A DNA stretch of 56,352 bases from a virus (taxonomy: Duplodnaviria; Caudoviricetes): IMG/VR virus record IMGVR_UViG_3300017911_001056, positions 1 through 56,352 of that record; one strand, 5' to 3'. A model generated the notes under the pieces. That model was not told the origin of the DNA, did no database searches, and worked only from the letters and a program-made list of their open reading frames with translations. Below, piece by piece: positions 1-9,227 of this stretch. Position 1 is the first letter of the stretch. Every line of letters begins with the position of its first letter. A program made the translations under genes and the position numbers.

Positions 1-105
1 AAAGGTGCAGAAATTTTAGGCGACATGGCAGGTGTATATTTTATTGCAGTTGCTGGTATTGTTGCTGCCTTCTTTGGTGCACAAGCATGGTCAGGTAAGA
101 AGTAA
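1..105 (+). CDS. 3' end of a membrane protein (partial, runs in from the left edge)
   Basis: Own translation, frame 1: KGAEILGDMAGVYFIAVAGIVAAFFGAQAWSGKK*, one hydrophobic helix followed by a basic tail; TAA at 103-105. Confidence 0.6.
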   Translation, partial: KGAEILGDMAGVYFIAVAGIVAAFFGAQAWSGKK

Positions 106-106
106 T

Positions 107-418
107 ATGGCATTTATAAAACACTTTGCAAGAATGTTAACTAGGGAAGAACTCTCAGATGAAGATGTTATAGTTTATTATGACATTGTGCAAAGTGTTG
201 TGTCTACTAAGTTAATCACAGCATACGATGACGAAAAGCAACAAGTGGGCGTAGAAGTAATGGCCTACACATCAGAAGACGACGATGGCGAAATGTGGAT
301 ATATGAAATCGTTCTCGATGAAGAAATTGATGCTGATGAAGGCGACACTATTTCCGAGCAACTATTTGAAGAATTTGATGACGTCCAATTTACATTCGAG
401 GCTTCCGTAGAAATTTAA
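107..418 (+). CDS. Highly acidic hypothetical phage protein
   Basis: ORF 32..418; the likelier start is ATG 107 (MAFIKH), directly after the upstream stop; D/E-rich. Confidence 0.7.
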   Translation: MAFIKHFARMLTREELSDEDVIVYYDIVQSVVSTKLITAYDDEKQQVGVEVMAYTSEDDDGEMWIYEIVLDEEIDADEGDTISEQLFEEFDDVQFTFEASVEI

Positions 419-628
419 ATGTTAGTCACAGTTCATTATGTAGGCAATCAATTTGTTGCATATGACGAACAGGGTAAACAAATAACCAACAGACAAATAC
501 TCCAGCAATTGGAGTTTGAACCTTTCACAGGCACAAAACAGACAGTGTACGTGGAGGTTGACAATATCAGTAATGATGCTATAATACAACCATTAGAAAT
601 AAATATTGACATAAACACACAGAGGTAA
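419..628 (+). CDS. Hypothetical protein
   Basis: 69-aa ORF abutting both neighbours. Confidence 0.6.
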   Translation: MLVTVHYVGNQFVAYDEQGKQITNRQILQQLEFEPFTGTKQTVYVEVDNISNDAIIQPLEINIDINTQR

Positions 629-630
629 TA

Positions 631-894
631 ATGGCATTTAACAGAACATTCAACCAAGAAGAACAAGCACGTCTAAAGCGTTTAATCGAAGAGGGCATGC
701 AAGTTACATTCGAAATCGAAACTCTCAAAGAAGGTCTTCGCGACACAGTGAAGGCAATTTCAGAAGAGATGGATCTTAAACCAGCAGTCGTAAACAAAGC
801 AATCCGTATTGCACACAAAGCAAGTTTCCAGGAAGAATACGACAAGTTTGACGAACTAGAAACAATCTTAGAAACAGTTGGTAAGACTCTTTAA
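631..894 (+). CDS. T4 DsbA-like double-stranded DNA-binding protein / transcriptional regulator
   Basis: 87-aa helical protein (EIETLKEGLRDTVKAISEEMDLKPAVVNKAIRIAHK), GAGG RBS, upstream of DNA polymerase. Confidence 0.65.
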   Translation: MAFNRTFNQEEQARLKRLIEEGMQVTFEIETLKEGLRDTVKAISEEMDLKPAVVNKAIRIAHKASFQEEYDKFDELETILETVGKTL

Positions 895-950
895 TAGCCA
901 CAAATAGTGGTCGTATAGTGCCTAGCGGCATATATATTAGTGTAGGTATT

Positions 951-976
951 GCGTCAGCCGAAAGTGATGCTTGGAG
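951..976 (+). promoter_or_regulatory. RNA hairpin immediately 5' of the DNA polymerase Shine-Dalgarno (candidate translational operator)
   Basis: GCGTCA-GCCGAAAG-TGATGC stem-loop at 951-970, then GGAG at 973-976 and ATG at 987. Confidence 0.45.
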
Positions 977-986
977 AAAAAAATAA

Positions 987-3680
987 ATGAGTTACGTGGA
1001 TGCGTATCTAAATAAAAGCAAAGACGTTATACATGTCGCTGAACGTGTAGACGGTAAACGTTTAATTCAAGAGCTCAAGCCTGAGTATAACTTTTACATA
1101 CTAGATCCCAAAGGCAAACATCAAACTATACATGGTCAGTCTGTGACTGAAGTGCGTAGTAAGAATGCCAAAGACTTCAAGAAGAATGTTGCTATCAATC
1201 AGCACAACACAACATTCGAAAGTGATATCAAGCCACTAAACAAAACTCTAGCAAAGCATTACATAAATGCTGAACCACCTAAACTACACACAGCATTCTT
1301 CGATATTGAGGTAGACTTTGATCCTCAACGAGGATACAGTTCACCTGAGGATTCATTTACACCAATCACATCTATTGGTGTTTATCTACAATGGATGGAT
1401 GCAATGATTTGTTTGGCAGTGCCGCCTAAAACATTGAGTTGGGGGCAAGCACAAAACATTGCAAGCAAGATGCCAGAAGTTGTGTTGTTTCGCACAGAAG
1501 CAGAAATGCTTAAAACATTCTTAGAAGTCATTGAAGACGCAGACATATTGAGTGGCTGGAACAGTGAGGGCTATGATATTCCTTACACTGTGAACAGAAT
1601 TATTCGTACTATTGGCAAGTCAGAGTTGCGTAAACTGTGTTTGTTTGACCAAATGCCCATGAAGAAAACTTATGAGGCCTTCGGTGCTGAACGTGTAACA
1701 TATGATCTTATAGGGCGTGTACACTTGGACTATATGCAACTGTATCGCAAATACAACTATGAAGAGCGACACAGTTATAGACTAGACTACATTGGTGAGA
1801 TGGAAGTAGGCGAGAAGAAGGTAGCCTATGAAGGTTCACTGGATAGACTTTACAATCATGACTTTGAAAAGTTCTTAGAGTATAACATTCAAGACGTTAT
1901 GCTGTTGGATAAACTAGATAAGAAACTACAGTTCATTGACCTTGCTAACACTATTGCACATGATAACACTGTGTTACTTCCTGTGACAATGGGTGCGGTA
2001 GCAACCACAGAACAAGCAATCATCAATGAGTCACACAGACGTGGATACATTGTACCTGATCGCAAAAAGAACAGAGACGAGGATACACAAGCAGCAGGTG
2101 CTTATGTTGCGTTTCCTAAGAAAGGATTCCATGAATGGGTAGGATCAATGGACTTGAACAGTCTATATCCAAGTGTGTTTAGAGCACTGAACATGGCTCC
2201 GGAGACTATTGTTGCACAGATAAGACCCGAGTACACAGATGAAGAAATACAGAACGCACAGCGACTAGAAAAGAAATCATTTGCTGATGCTTGGTTAGGT
2301 AAGTTTGGCACTAATGAGTTTGAACTTGTACAAAACAAAGACATAAACAAACCGCTTAAATTAGATATGGTTGATGGCACCACAGTGGAATGCACTGGTG
2401 CTGACATATATAATCTAGTTTTTGAAAGCGGACAGCCGTGGAACATCAGTGCTAACGGTACTATCTTTAAAACAGACTTCCAAGGCATTGTTCCTGGTCT
2501 ACTAGAACGCTGGTATGCTGAAAGACAAGAACTGCAAAAGAAAAAGAAAGAAGCAACCACTGATGCCGAAAAGGCTTTCTATGACAAGCGACAGTTGGTT
2601 AAAAAGATTAACTTGAACAGTTTGTATGGTGCGATACTTAATCCACACTGTAGGTTCTTTGATAAACGTATAGGACAGAGTACTACACTTACTGGTCGTG
2701 CTATCACTAAACACATGGGGGCAGAGACTAATCGCATGCTCACAGGCAAATATGATCACACAGGAGACTGTATGATATATGGTGACACTGACTCTGTTTA
2801 TTTTAGTGCTGTTCCTGCTTTACCTGATGGACAAGAACTGGATATGGATAGTGCAATCAAACTGTATGATCACATATCAGATACTGTTAGTGATACGTTT
2901 CCGCAGTTCTTAGAAGATACATTTAATGTGCCTAAGAGTTTTGGACAAGTTATGAAAGCAGGTCGTGAAGTAGTTGGACGTTCTGGTTTGTTCATCACTA
3001 AAAAGAGATATGCTATCCAAGTGCTAGACTTGGAAGGTTGGCAACCAGAAGGCGGTAAACTGAAAGCAATGGGCCTCGATTTGAAGAGGTCAGACACACC
3101 AGAGTTTATACAAGACTTCTTAGAAGAAATACTTGTTGATTGCTTGAATGGTCACACTGAAGAAGAAGTTATAACCAAGATTAAGGATTACAAAAAATAT
3201 TTCAAAGACTTGCCTGCTTGGAATAAAGGTATGCCTAAGCGTGTAAACAACCTTACACTGTATGCATCTAAGATGGCTGACAAAGCAAAAGTGAATGCCC
3301 CAGGCAACTACAGATTGCATAAACTTAATGCTGTGAAAGAAGAAGGTAAGAAAACAGTTACTATTCCTGGTCACGTTAGAGCAAGTATCAATTGGAATAA
3401 CTTCAAGCAAGCAATGGGTGACAACTACAGTATGACTATCACAGATGGTATGAAAGTTATTGTGTGTAGGTTAAAGAATAACTCAATGGGTTATGACAGC
3501 ATTGCATATCCAACAGATGAAATGCAACTGCCGGATTGGTTTAAGGATTTGCCATTTGACGAAGAGGCAATGGAGAATGCTGTACTCGACAAAAAGGTAA
3601 GCAACGTTATTGGACAAATGGGGTTTGACTTAGACAAAATAAATGAAAGTGAAACACTACAACAATTTTTTGAGTTTTAA
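987..3680 (+). CDS. Family B DNA polymerase with 3'-5' exonuclease (gp43-like)
   Basis: ExoI FDIEVD, ExoII NSEGYDIPY, ExoIII YNIQD; polymerase motifs DLNSLYPS, KKINLNSLYG, YGDTDS, KKRY. Confidence 0.97.
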   Translation: MSYVDAYLNKSKDVIHVAERVDGKRLIQELKPEYNFYILDPKGKHQTIHGQSVTEVRSKNAKDFKKNVAINQHNTTFESDIKPLNKTLAKHYINAEPPKLHTAFFDIEVDFDPQRGYSSPEDSFTPITSIGVYLQWMDAMICLAVPPKTLSWGQAQNIASKMPEVVLFRTEAEMLKTFLEVIEDADILSGWNSEGYDIPYTVNRIIRTIGKSELRKLCLFDQMPMKKTYEAFGAERVTYDLIGRVHLDYMQLYRKYNYEERHSYRLDYIGEMEVGEKKVAYEGSLDRLYNHDFEKFLEYNIQDVMLLDKLDKKLQFIDLANTIAHDNTVLLPVTMGAVATTEQAIINESHRRGYIVPDRKKNRDEDTQAAGAYVAFPKKGFHEWVGSMDLNSLYPSVFRALNMAPETIVAQIRPEYTDEEIQNAQRLEKKSFADAWLGKFGTNEFELVQNKDINKPLKLDMVDGTTVECTGADIYNLVFESGQPWNISANGTIFKTDFQGIVPGLLERWYAERQELQKKKKEATTDAEKAFYDKRQLVKKINLNSLYGAILNPHCRFFDKRIGQSTTLTGRAITKHMGAETNRMLTGKYDHTGDCMIYGDTDSVYFSAVPALPDGQELDMDSAIKLYDHISDTVSDTFPQFLEDTFNVPKSFGQVMKAGREVVGRSGLFITKKRYAIQVLDLEGWQPEGGKLKAMGLDLKRSDTPEFIQDFLEEILVDCLNGHTEEEVITKIKDYKKYFKDLPAWNKGMPKRVNNLTLYASKMADKAKVNAPGNYRLHKLNAVKEEGKKTVTIPGHVRASINWNNFKQAMGDNYSMTITDGMKVIVCRLKNNSMGYDSIAYPTDEMQLPDWFKDLPFDEEAMENAVLDKKVSNVIGQMGFDLDKINESETLQQFFEF

Positions 3681-4475
3681 ATGAAAGAAAAACATAAATT
3701 ACTAGGAGCCGCAAGAGCATTTAACTTTGGTAATCCTACACAGGACATACAGGAGTTTGCTAAATTTGCAAATGACTTGCACATTTGGATACACAGTTCT
3801 AAGCAAGAGATTAAAGGACTGCCTAAAAAACGTTATATTGTGAGTGGAGTCACTGATGCATTCAATCAGTTGTACGGACTGTACAACAAAATTGGAGTGT
3901 TCGAGGGCGAGTACTATTACCATTACAATGTGTTAGGGCCAGAGCGTGTAACAACAGATTTGCGTGAAGCGGACTGTATTGTGATAAGCCACCCATTCTC
4001 TGGGGACGGCGAAAGTTCTCATGACAGATTACGAGAAGCAAACAGTTACGGTGTGCCTATCTTTGTTGATTGTGCACTGTTTGGTATATGCAAAAACATT
4101 GATTTTGATTTCAAACCATACAAGAATATTCGCAGTGTGTGTTTTTCACTGAGTAAGACTTTTGGTACAGGTTTGCGTAGAGTAGGATTACTTTACACTA
4201 AAGATAAGTTTCCTTGTTCAGTATATAATGAATGGCAGTATCCGTTGATTGCGGGTGCTGATCATCATTACCAATTGATACACACCATTGGTCCCGATGA
4301 CTTGCCAGCAAAGTATGAACAGAAACAACTGAGAGTGTGTCGCAGACTAGGACTCAAACCTTCCTCTACTGTTATTTTTGGAACTTCGAAAGCAGAAAAG
4401 TATAATGCATTCAAACGTGGTGATACTAACAGAATGTGTATCACTAGATATTTGGAAGAGGATGACGAAGAATGA
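3681..4475 (+). CDS. Compact PLP-dependent transferase-like protein (fold type I)
   Basis: SGVTDAF, PIFVDCA (PLP-pairing Asp), FSLSKTFG...RVG (Schiff-base Lys motif). Confidence 0.6.
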   Translation: MKEKHKLLGAARAFNFGNPTQDIQEFAKFANDLHIWIHSSKQEIKGLPKKRYIVSGVTDAFNQLYGLYNKIGVFEGEYYYHYNVLGPERVTTDLREADCIVISHPFSGDGESSHDRLREANSYGVPIFVDCALFGICKNIDFDFKPYKNIRSVCFSLSKTFGTGLRRVGLLYTKDKFPCSVYNEWQYPLIAGADHHYQLIHTIGPDDLPAKYEQKQLRVCRRLGLKPSSTVIFGTSKAEKYNAFKRGDTNRMCITRYLEEDDEE

Positions 4476-4738
4476 AAGGTAAGTTTCCATGGCAAGCATT
4501 CAAGGAAGCCTGCGTGGACACAGGTATAGCCACAGTGATAAACTTTCCCATAAACATATTGTTGCTGTACATTGCCTCTAACACATTTATATTGTGGCTA
4601 GATTCGCAAGAGAAAGAAATCTTTTGGACTTCTGTGTACCTAACTGTGTGTTTTGGAACTATAGCAATAATAAGAAAAACAATCATCAGGCATTACTTTG
4701 ATAAAAAGAATCGAAAAAAAGAGAGATTAAATGCTTGA
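4472..4738 (+). CDS. Small two-helix membrane protein
   Basis: Two hydrophobic segments and a basic C-terminus; ATGA overlap. Confidence 0.6.
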   Translation: MKGKFPWQAFKEACVDTGIATVINFPINILLLYIASNTFILWLDSQEKEIFWTSVYLTVCFGTIAIIRKTIIRHYFDKKNRKKERLNA

Positions 4739-4763
4739 CTTATCTAAATACTTAAAGTATAAT
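4735..4763 (+). promoter_or_regulatory. sigma70-type promoter
   Basis: TTGACT-N17-TATAAT; the spacer also contains TAAATA (4745-4750). Confidence 0.8.
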
Positions 4764-4789
4764 TATGCAATCAAACTGGAGAAATTATA

Positions 4790-5545
4790 ATGGCAACAAA
4801 TCATATTAAAGACATTCTCAAAGATGTACTAAAGCACACACATGGCTTGGGCATCTTTGAAATGGTTAAGATCACAGGCGACTTAGAGCAGACAGAAATA
4901 CAAACTGTTGATCCTGAGAAGACTGTTATCTTCAAAGGTAAAACTGTTAACCCAGTGCCTGACTTTGTAGATGCAACGTTGGGTCTAAGCAGAATGGGCG
5001 TGTTACAAGGTTACTTGAACTACCCAGGTTTTGATAACGAAGATGCAACTGTAGAAGTTGTTAAGCAAGAACGTAATGGCGAAGAAGTACCAACTGAAGT
5101 AGCATTCAAAAGCACAGATGGTAACGATGCTAACTATAGATTCATGCTTGCAGATGTTGTTAATCAGCAGATGAAAGACATCACTTTTAAAGGTGCAGAG
5201 TTTGGTGTAAACATTGTGCCCACTGCAAAGAACTTAAAAGACTTAAACTACTTCAATGGCATCTTAGGTGCATATGAAGCAACGTTTTCACCAAAGACTG
5301 ATGGCACAGATTTGACATTCCACATTGGTGATGGTGTTAGTGATCGTGCTAAAGTACACATCAACGGTGATATCGATGGTAGCATTACAAGAGATTGGAA
5401 ATGGCCACTAGATATTGTGTTAAAGATTTTACGTTTAAGTGACAGTGCAAACTGTGTTATGAGTATTAACGATCAAGGCTTGATGCAGATTAAAGTATTA
5501 AGTGGACTTGGCGAGTACACATATCTATTACCTGCTAAGGGCTAA
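4790..5545 (+). CDS. Probable DNA polymerase sliding clamp (gp45/PCNA-like)
   Basis: 251 aa, alternating alpha/beta pattern with two similar halves, C-terminal YTYLLPA, near the polymerase; inferred from size, pattern and context. Confidence 0.6.
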   Translation: MATNHIKDILKDVLKHTHGLGIFEMVKITGDLEQTEIQTVDPEKTVIFKGKTVNPVPDFVDATLGLSRMGVLQGYLNYPGFDNEDATVEVVKQERNGEEVPTEVAFKSTDGNDANYRFMLADVVNQQMKDITFKGAEFGVNIVPTAKNLKDLNYFNGILGAYEATFSPKTDGTDLTFHIGDGVSDRAKVHINGDIDGSITRDWKWPLDIVLKILRLSDSANCVMSINDQGLMQIKVLSGLGEYTYLLPAKG

Positions 5546-5548
5546 TGA

Positions 5549-5731
5549 GTGATCACTGCGAACGATACAGTGTTGTGCAAGTATGTGCACAAACTGGCAG
5601 ATGTAAGCAATAAGGATGCTTGGTTTACTGAGATGTTACCTTTTAGAGAAATAGACAAACTAATAGAGCAAGGGTATGTAGTATCAGTTGAGCACAAGCG
5701 TCAAGTAATGAATACAGAGGATAATGAATGA
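5549..5731 (+). CDS. Hypothetical protein
   Basis: 60-aa ORF, GTG start, ATGA-coupled to the next gene. Confidence 0.5.
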   Translation: MITANDTVLCKYVHKLADVSNKDAWFTEMLPFREIDKLIEQGYVVSVEHKRQVMNTEDNE

Positions 5732-7290
5732 AAGATTTAGGCAAATCACAACGAGACTACGCAGTATATCTGCCAGCCATTAGTAGTTTCTATGTAAAAC
5801 AAGTTGATAAAATTATCAACAAAGTGCCCCAAGAGAGCAGAACTCCTGCAGGTTTTGAGCACGGTAACGAAGGCCTAGACTTCCTCAAAGACAAAGACAC
5901 ATACTTTCATTATCCATATGGATTGTATTCAGCAGGACATGCTCACTTAGACATCGACAAGAGTCATGCTGATGAGCCCATGATACAAGAGCGTGATCGC
6001 AACACTGTAAAAGTGATACTAGGGGATTCAGGTGGTTTCCAGATTGCCACAGGTGTTATGAAACTTGACTGGACTAATGCCAAAGATCCTAACGATCCTG
6101 CTCGCACAAAAATGTGCGAAAAAATACTACGTTGGTTAGAGCATACAGCAGACTGGAGTATGACATTAGACATTCCGGCCTTTGCCGCAGTAGAGCCATT
6201 GAGCAGTAAAACAGGACTAACAGAGTTCAAAGACACATTAGATATCAGTTTACTTAACTTGCATTACTTTGTGCAAAACAGAGTACCAGGTGCAACCAAG
6301 TTCTTAAACGTACTAAGTGGCACTGACGAAGCAACAAGTAAAGAATGGTACGACCAAGTTAAAAACTTTAGTAACCCAAGTTTTGTAGAGCAAGCATATG
6401 GTGATGCAAATCGCACACTAGAAGGTTATGCATTTGCTGGTATCAACATGAAAGACATGAAGTGTGTGCTCAATCGTATACTAGACTTGCGTGAAGATGG
6501 ATTGTTAGAAGGCAAGGATTGGATACACTTCTTAGGCACAGGTAAACTACAGTGGGCATGCTTCCTAACAGCAATACAGCGACAGTTACGCAAACATGAT
6601 AATCCTAACATCACATTGAGTTTCGATGCCGCTAGTCCATTTGTTAACACAGCATATGGACAAACTTATGCACACAACTTCTTTGAGCCTGGTAAGTTTG
6701 GTTACTTCATGGATAGAGCATTCGATCAACAAGACTTAGTTGGCAGTGATATGCCAGCACCGTTTGGTCATAGTCCTATCATGGAAAGACTCACTATGGG
6801 AGACTTATGCACAATGGGTCCTGGTGATCAAGACAAGAACGGTAACTTTAAGTTCAGTGAGGGTCAACCACTAACAGACAAGCACGGTGAACCTAAGTTA
6901 GACAAAGATGGTAACCAATTGTATGCAGAGCGTGATAGCACCACGTGGGACACACAAAGTTATTTGTATTACATGGCTCACAGTGTTTACAATCATATTG
7001 ATGCTGTACAAGAAGCAAACAGACTTGCTGATGTAGAGCGTTACAGAGATGTAGCAAACTACAAAGGTTGGCAGAAGGCTAAAAAGAACAGCAAGGCACA
7101 AGAACTGTCTCCGTATGTACCAGTTAATATATTAATGTTCCAGAGATTTGCAGAGGATATACTTGATCCGGCTAATCCTAATCCTAGACAAATGCTAGTT
7201 GATTATGATGAGTTCTTAACAGCAGTTAGTTTTGCAGGTGACGAAGGAACTACTAAGGAGGAGGTAATAAATGACTTCTTTGAATTCTAA
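5728..7290 (+). CDS. TGT-fold guanine transglycosylase, DpdA-like (probable DNA 7-deazaguanine insertase)
   Basis: TGT catalytic motifs GDSGGFQ, MTLDIP, WIHFLG, SFDAASP; lacks the CxCxxC zinc motif of bacterial tRNA TGT; folE and queE are in the same arm. Confidence 0.75.
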   Translation: MKDLGKSQRDYAVYLPAISSFYVKQVDKIINKVPQESRTPAGFEHGNEGLDFLKDKDTYFHYPYGLYSAGHAHLDIDKSHADEPMIQERDRNTVKVILGDSGGFQIATGVMKLDWTNAKDPNDPARTKMCEKILRWLEHTADWSMTLDIPAFAAVEPLSSKTGLTEFKDTLDISLLNLHYFVQNRVPGATKFLNVLSGTDEATSKEWYDQVKNFSNPSFVEQAYGDANRTLEGYAFAGINMKDMKCVLNRILDLREDGLLEGKDWIHFLGTGKLQWACFLTAIQRQLRKHDNPNITLSFDAASPFVNTAYGQTYAHNFFEPGKFGYFMDRAFDQQDLVGSDMPAPFGHSPIMERLTMGDLCTMGPGDQDKNGNFKFSEGQPLTDKHGEPKLDKDGNQLYAERDSTTWDTQSYLYYMAHSVYNHIDAVQEANRLADVERYRDVANYKGWQKAKKNSKAQELSPYVPVNILMFQRFAEDILDPANPNPRQMLVDYDEFLTAVSFAGDEGTTKEEVINDFFEF

Positions 7291-7489
7291 AATTAGTATA
7301 GTACCCATTGAAGGTTGCTATATGTTTGAAGGGCACGAAGTGTTAATGCAGCACTCTATACAACAAGATGGTCATGTGAGGATCACTGAAATAAAAGATG
7401 GCGTACCTGGTGCATCTAGTGTAGTGCCATATGAAACTGCTTGCGAAAAAGCAGAAGAATTATTGTCTTTGGGATACATGAGGTACTAA
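7271..7489 (+). CDS. Hypothetical protein
   Basis: 72-aa ORF with strong GGAGG RBS. Confidence 0.6.
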   Translation: MTSLNSKISIVPIEGCYMFEGHEVLMQHSIQQDGHVRITEIKDGVPGASSVVPYETACEKAEELLSLGYMRY

Positions 7490-8001
7490 TGGACAGAGAA
7501 GGACACACAGACGACACTAAATTTTTCATTGGCACTGAAGTAGAACATAGTCCTGCTTACGGTCAGAGAACACTTTTTGTTGTTGGTAAACAGAATCCTA
7601 AAGAGATACTTGCTAGAGCTTTGACACATGACTGCCCACACATTTACTTGGGTGCTAATCAAAGTTTTGCTCCTGACTTTACAGATGAGGATAGTAAAGA
7701 ATGGGATCACATCATTATGACTTTGGTCAAAGAAGGTGTGTGGACCACACTAGACTTTGATGTAGCAGACACAGAATGGGTATTAGAAAGTGGTGCAACA
7801 GAGTACGATAATTTTATCCCAATGATCAGTGTTAAAATACCTTATATCAATCAATTGAATTACAATGCTACACTTAAAATTGATGATAAAGATTTTAAAG
7901 CAACCAATCCAGGTGTTTGGTGCCACAGCGTACATGAATTGCAAACTAGAAAGACTTTTACTGATTGGACCAAATATACCAAGGACGAGGTAATAGACTA
8001 A
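7489..8001 (+). CDS. Hypothetical protein adjacent to the TGT-like gene
   Basis: ORF 7441..8001; the likelier start is ATG 7489 (TAATG overlap); enzyme-like segments GTEVEHSPAYG, HIYLGANQSF, KIDDKDFKATNPGVWCH. Confidence 0.7.
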   Translation: MDREGHTDDTKFFIGTEVEHSPAYGQRTLFVVGKQNPKEILARALTHDCPHIYLGANQSFAPDFTDEDSKEWDHIIMTLVKEGVWTTLDFDVADTEWVLESGATEYDNFIPMISVKIPYINQLNYNATLKIDDKDFKATNPGVWCHSVHELQTRKTFTDWTKYTKDEVID

Positions 8002-8177
8002 TGGATGGAGTAATTTTAGTAGCAATACTGGTACCGGCAATTATAGCAATGTTTACATTTTTAGTACAGTTGTTGAATAACCATGCAGGTACAAAAGGTA
8101 TTGTCGACAAACCGTACACTACAAAGAGTGGTGTTACACACACCGCACGTAAGAGCAGGGAGCAACACATAGTATGA
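8001..8177 (+). CDS. Small membrane-anchored protein
   Basis: MDGVILVAILVPAIIAMF... from ATG 8001 (TAATG overlap). Confidence 0.55.
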   Translation: MDGVILVAILVPAIIAMFTFLVQLLNNHAGTKGIVDKPYTTKSGVTHTARKSREQHIV

Positions 8178-8338
8178 AGAAAGCATGGACAATATGGAAA
8201 TTTGCTTTAGGAGGGTTTTCAGATGACAAGACAGAACCGTATGATGATTATGTGGCTTTGCTTCGTACTGTCATTGTCGGCATTAATTTTATTACCTGTT
8301 TTTTTATCATGGCTAACGTAATACACAACTGGAGTTGA
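8174..8338 (+). CDS. Small membrane protein (54 aa, below the ORF-track cutoff)
   Basis: Own translation MKKAWTIWKFALGGFSDDKTEPYDDYVALLRTVIVGINFITCFFIMANVIHNWS*; ATGA overlap. Confidence 0.65.
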   Translation: MKKAWTIWKFALGGFSDDKTEPYDDYVALLRTVIVGINFITCFFIMANVIHNWS

Positions 8339-8340
8339 AA

Positions 8341-8754
8341 ATGGATTTTTTAAAAGAATTATTGAAAAAAGAAGATAAGTTACACTGGACAACAGTGCTA
8401 ACTGAACGTGCAATTATTGCACTTGCTGGTATATGTACACTGTTTGCAGTAGGTGACTATGTGCTGGGCATGTGGATTGCTAGAAGTGTTGTACTTGCAG
8501 ATTTGTTCATGCTGTTTATCTTTGCAGAGGTTGTTGCAATGATCGGTGCATTTTATAGTACAGAACGTATTCCTGTAACACTGCCTATCATTATTGCTAT
8601 CACAGCACTATGTAGACTTATTGTGCTACACAGCAAGGAAATGGAGCCATTAGGACTGTTAGCAGAGGGTGGTGCAATTTTAATTCTTGCAGGTGCAGCC
8701 TATTTGATGAGCCTCAAAGACAAACTGAGTTTAGAAAAACTTAAGGATAGATAA
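8341..8754 (+). CDS. psiE: Phosphate-starvation-inducible PsiE-family membrane protein
   Basis: Four TM helices; LFMLFIFAEVVAMIGAFY and RIPVTLPIIIAITALCRLIV are typical of PsiE. Confidence 0.8.
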   Translation: MDFLKELLKKEDKLHWTTVLTERAIIALAGICTLFAVGDYVLGMWIARSVVLADLFMLFIFAEVVAMIGAFYSTERIPVTLPIIIAITALCRLIVLHSKEMEPLGLLAEGGAILILAGAAYLMSLKDKLSLEKLKDR

Positions 8755-8757
8755 AGG

Positions 8758-8786
8758 TTGACTTATATAATTGGTCAGCGTATAAT
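8758..8786 (+). promoter_or_regulatory. sigma70-type promoter
   Basis: TTGACT-N17-TATAAT. Confidence 0.8.
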
Positions 8787-8795
8787 AGTATAACT

Positions 8796-8984
8796 ATGCA
8801 GATTAAATTGAGCGGCACAAGAGGCCGGACAGAAATCAATACCGTTATTGAAGTAGACAACTTGTCTGACGAAGAAAATCTACAAGAGTTTGTTGTGGGT
8901 ATTATGGACTTTGCAAAAGCAATGGGTGCAGAATTGCCAGACGAAATTGAACAGATGATTGAGGCTTATAATGGAGATTATTAA
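8796..8984 (+). CDS. Hypothetical acidic protein (possibly a near-leaderless mRNA)
   Basis: 62-aa ORF whose ATG is only 9 nt after the -10 box, with no SD. Confidence 0.55.
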   Translation: MQIKLSGTRGRTEINTVIEVDNLSDEENLQEFVVGIMDFAKAMGAELPDEIEQMIEAYNGDY

Positions 8985-9129
8985 TTTTATTTTAGGTGCT
9001 GTTCTTACTCTCGCTATGGGTTATTTCGCATATATGAGCAGTGTACTTGTAACTGAAAAGAAAGCAAGATATAGAGCAGGAACACATGACTATTACGATA
9101 ATCTTATAAAGGATAAGGACAAGTGTTAG
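8971..9129 (+). CDS. Small single-TM protein (52 aa)
   Basis: Own translation MEIINFILGAVLTLAMGYFAYMSSVLVTEKKARYRAGTHDYYDNLIKDKDKC*; GAGG upstream. Confidence 0.55.
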   Translation: MEIINFILGAVLTLAMGYFAYMSSVLVTEKKARYRAGTHDYYDNLIKDKDKC

Positions 9130-9218
9130 AGACTTTGGTATGGAGTCTGTTAATAGTTACTTGGTTAAGTTATGGTCTTTATGTAATGAAAGAGTATGTA
9201 AGGGCTCGTTTAAAGTAG
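9123..9218 (+). CDS. Very small single-TM protein (31 aa)
   Basis: GTG start after AAGGA: MLETLVWSLLIVTWLSYGLYVMKEYVRARLK*. Confidence 0.45.
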   Translation: MLETLVWSLLIVTWLSYGLYVMKEYVRARLK

Positions 9219-9227
9219 GAGAACAAT

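Noticed and set aside
987-3680. Intein, intron or split in the DNA polymerase
   Set aside because: Single 897-aa ORF with normally spaced motifs and no intein or homing-endonuclease signatures
5728-7290. Canonical tRNA-guanine transglycosylase (tgt) for queuosine
   Set aside because: It lacks the CxCxxC zinc site, is much longer and more divergent, and sits in a phage replication arm; a DNA-acting DpdA-like role is preferred but unproven
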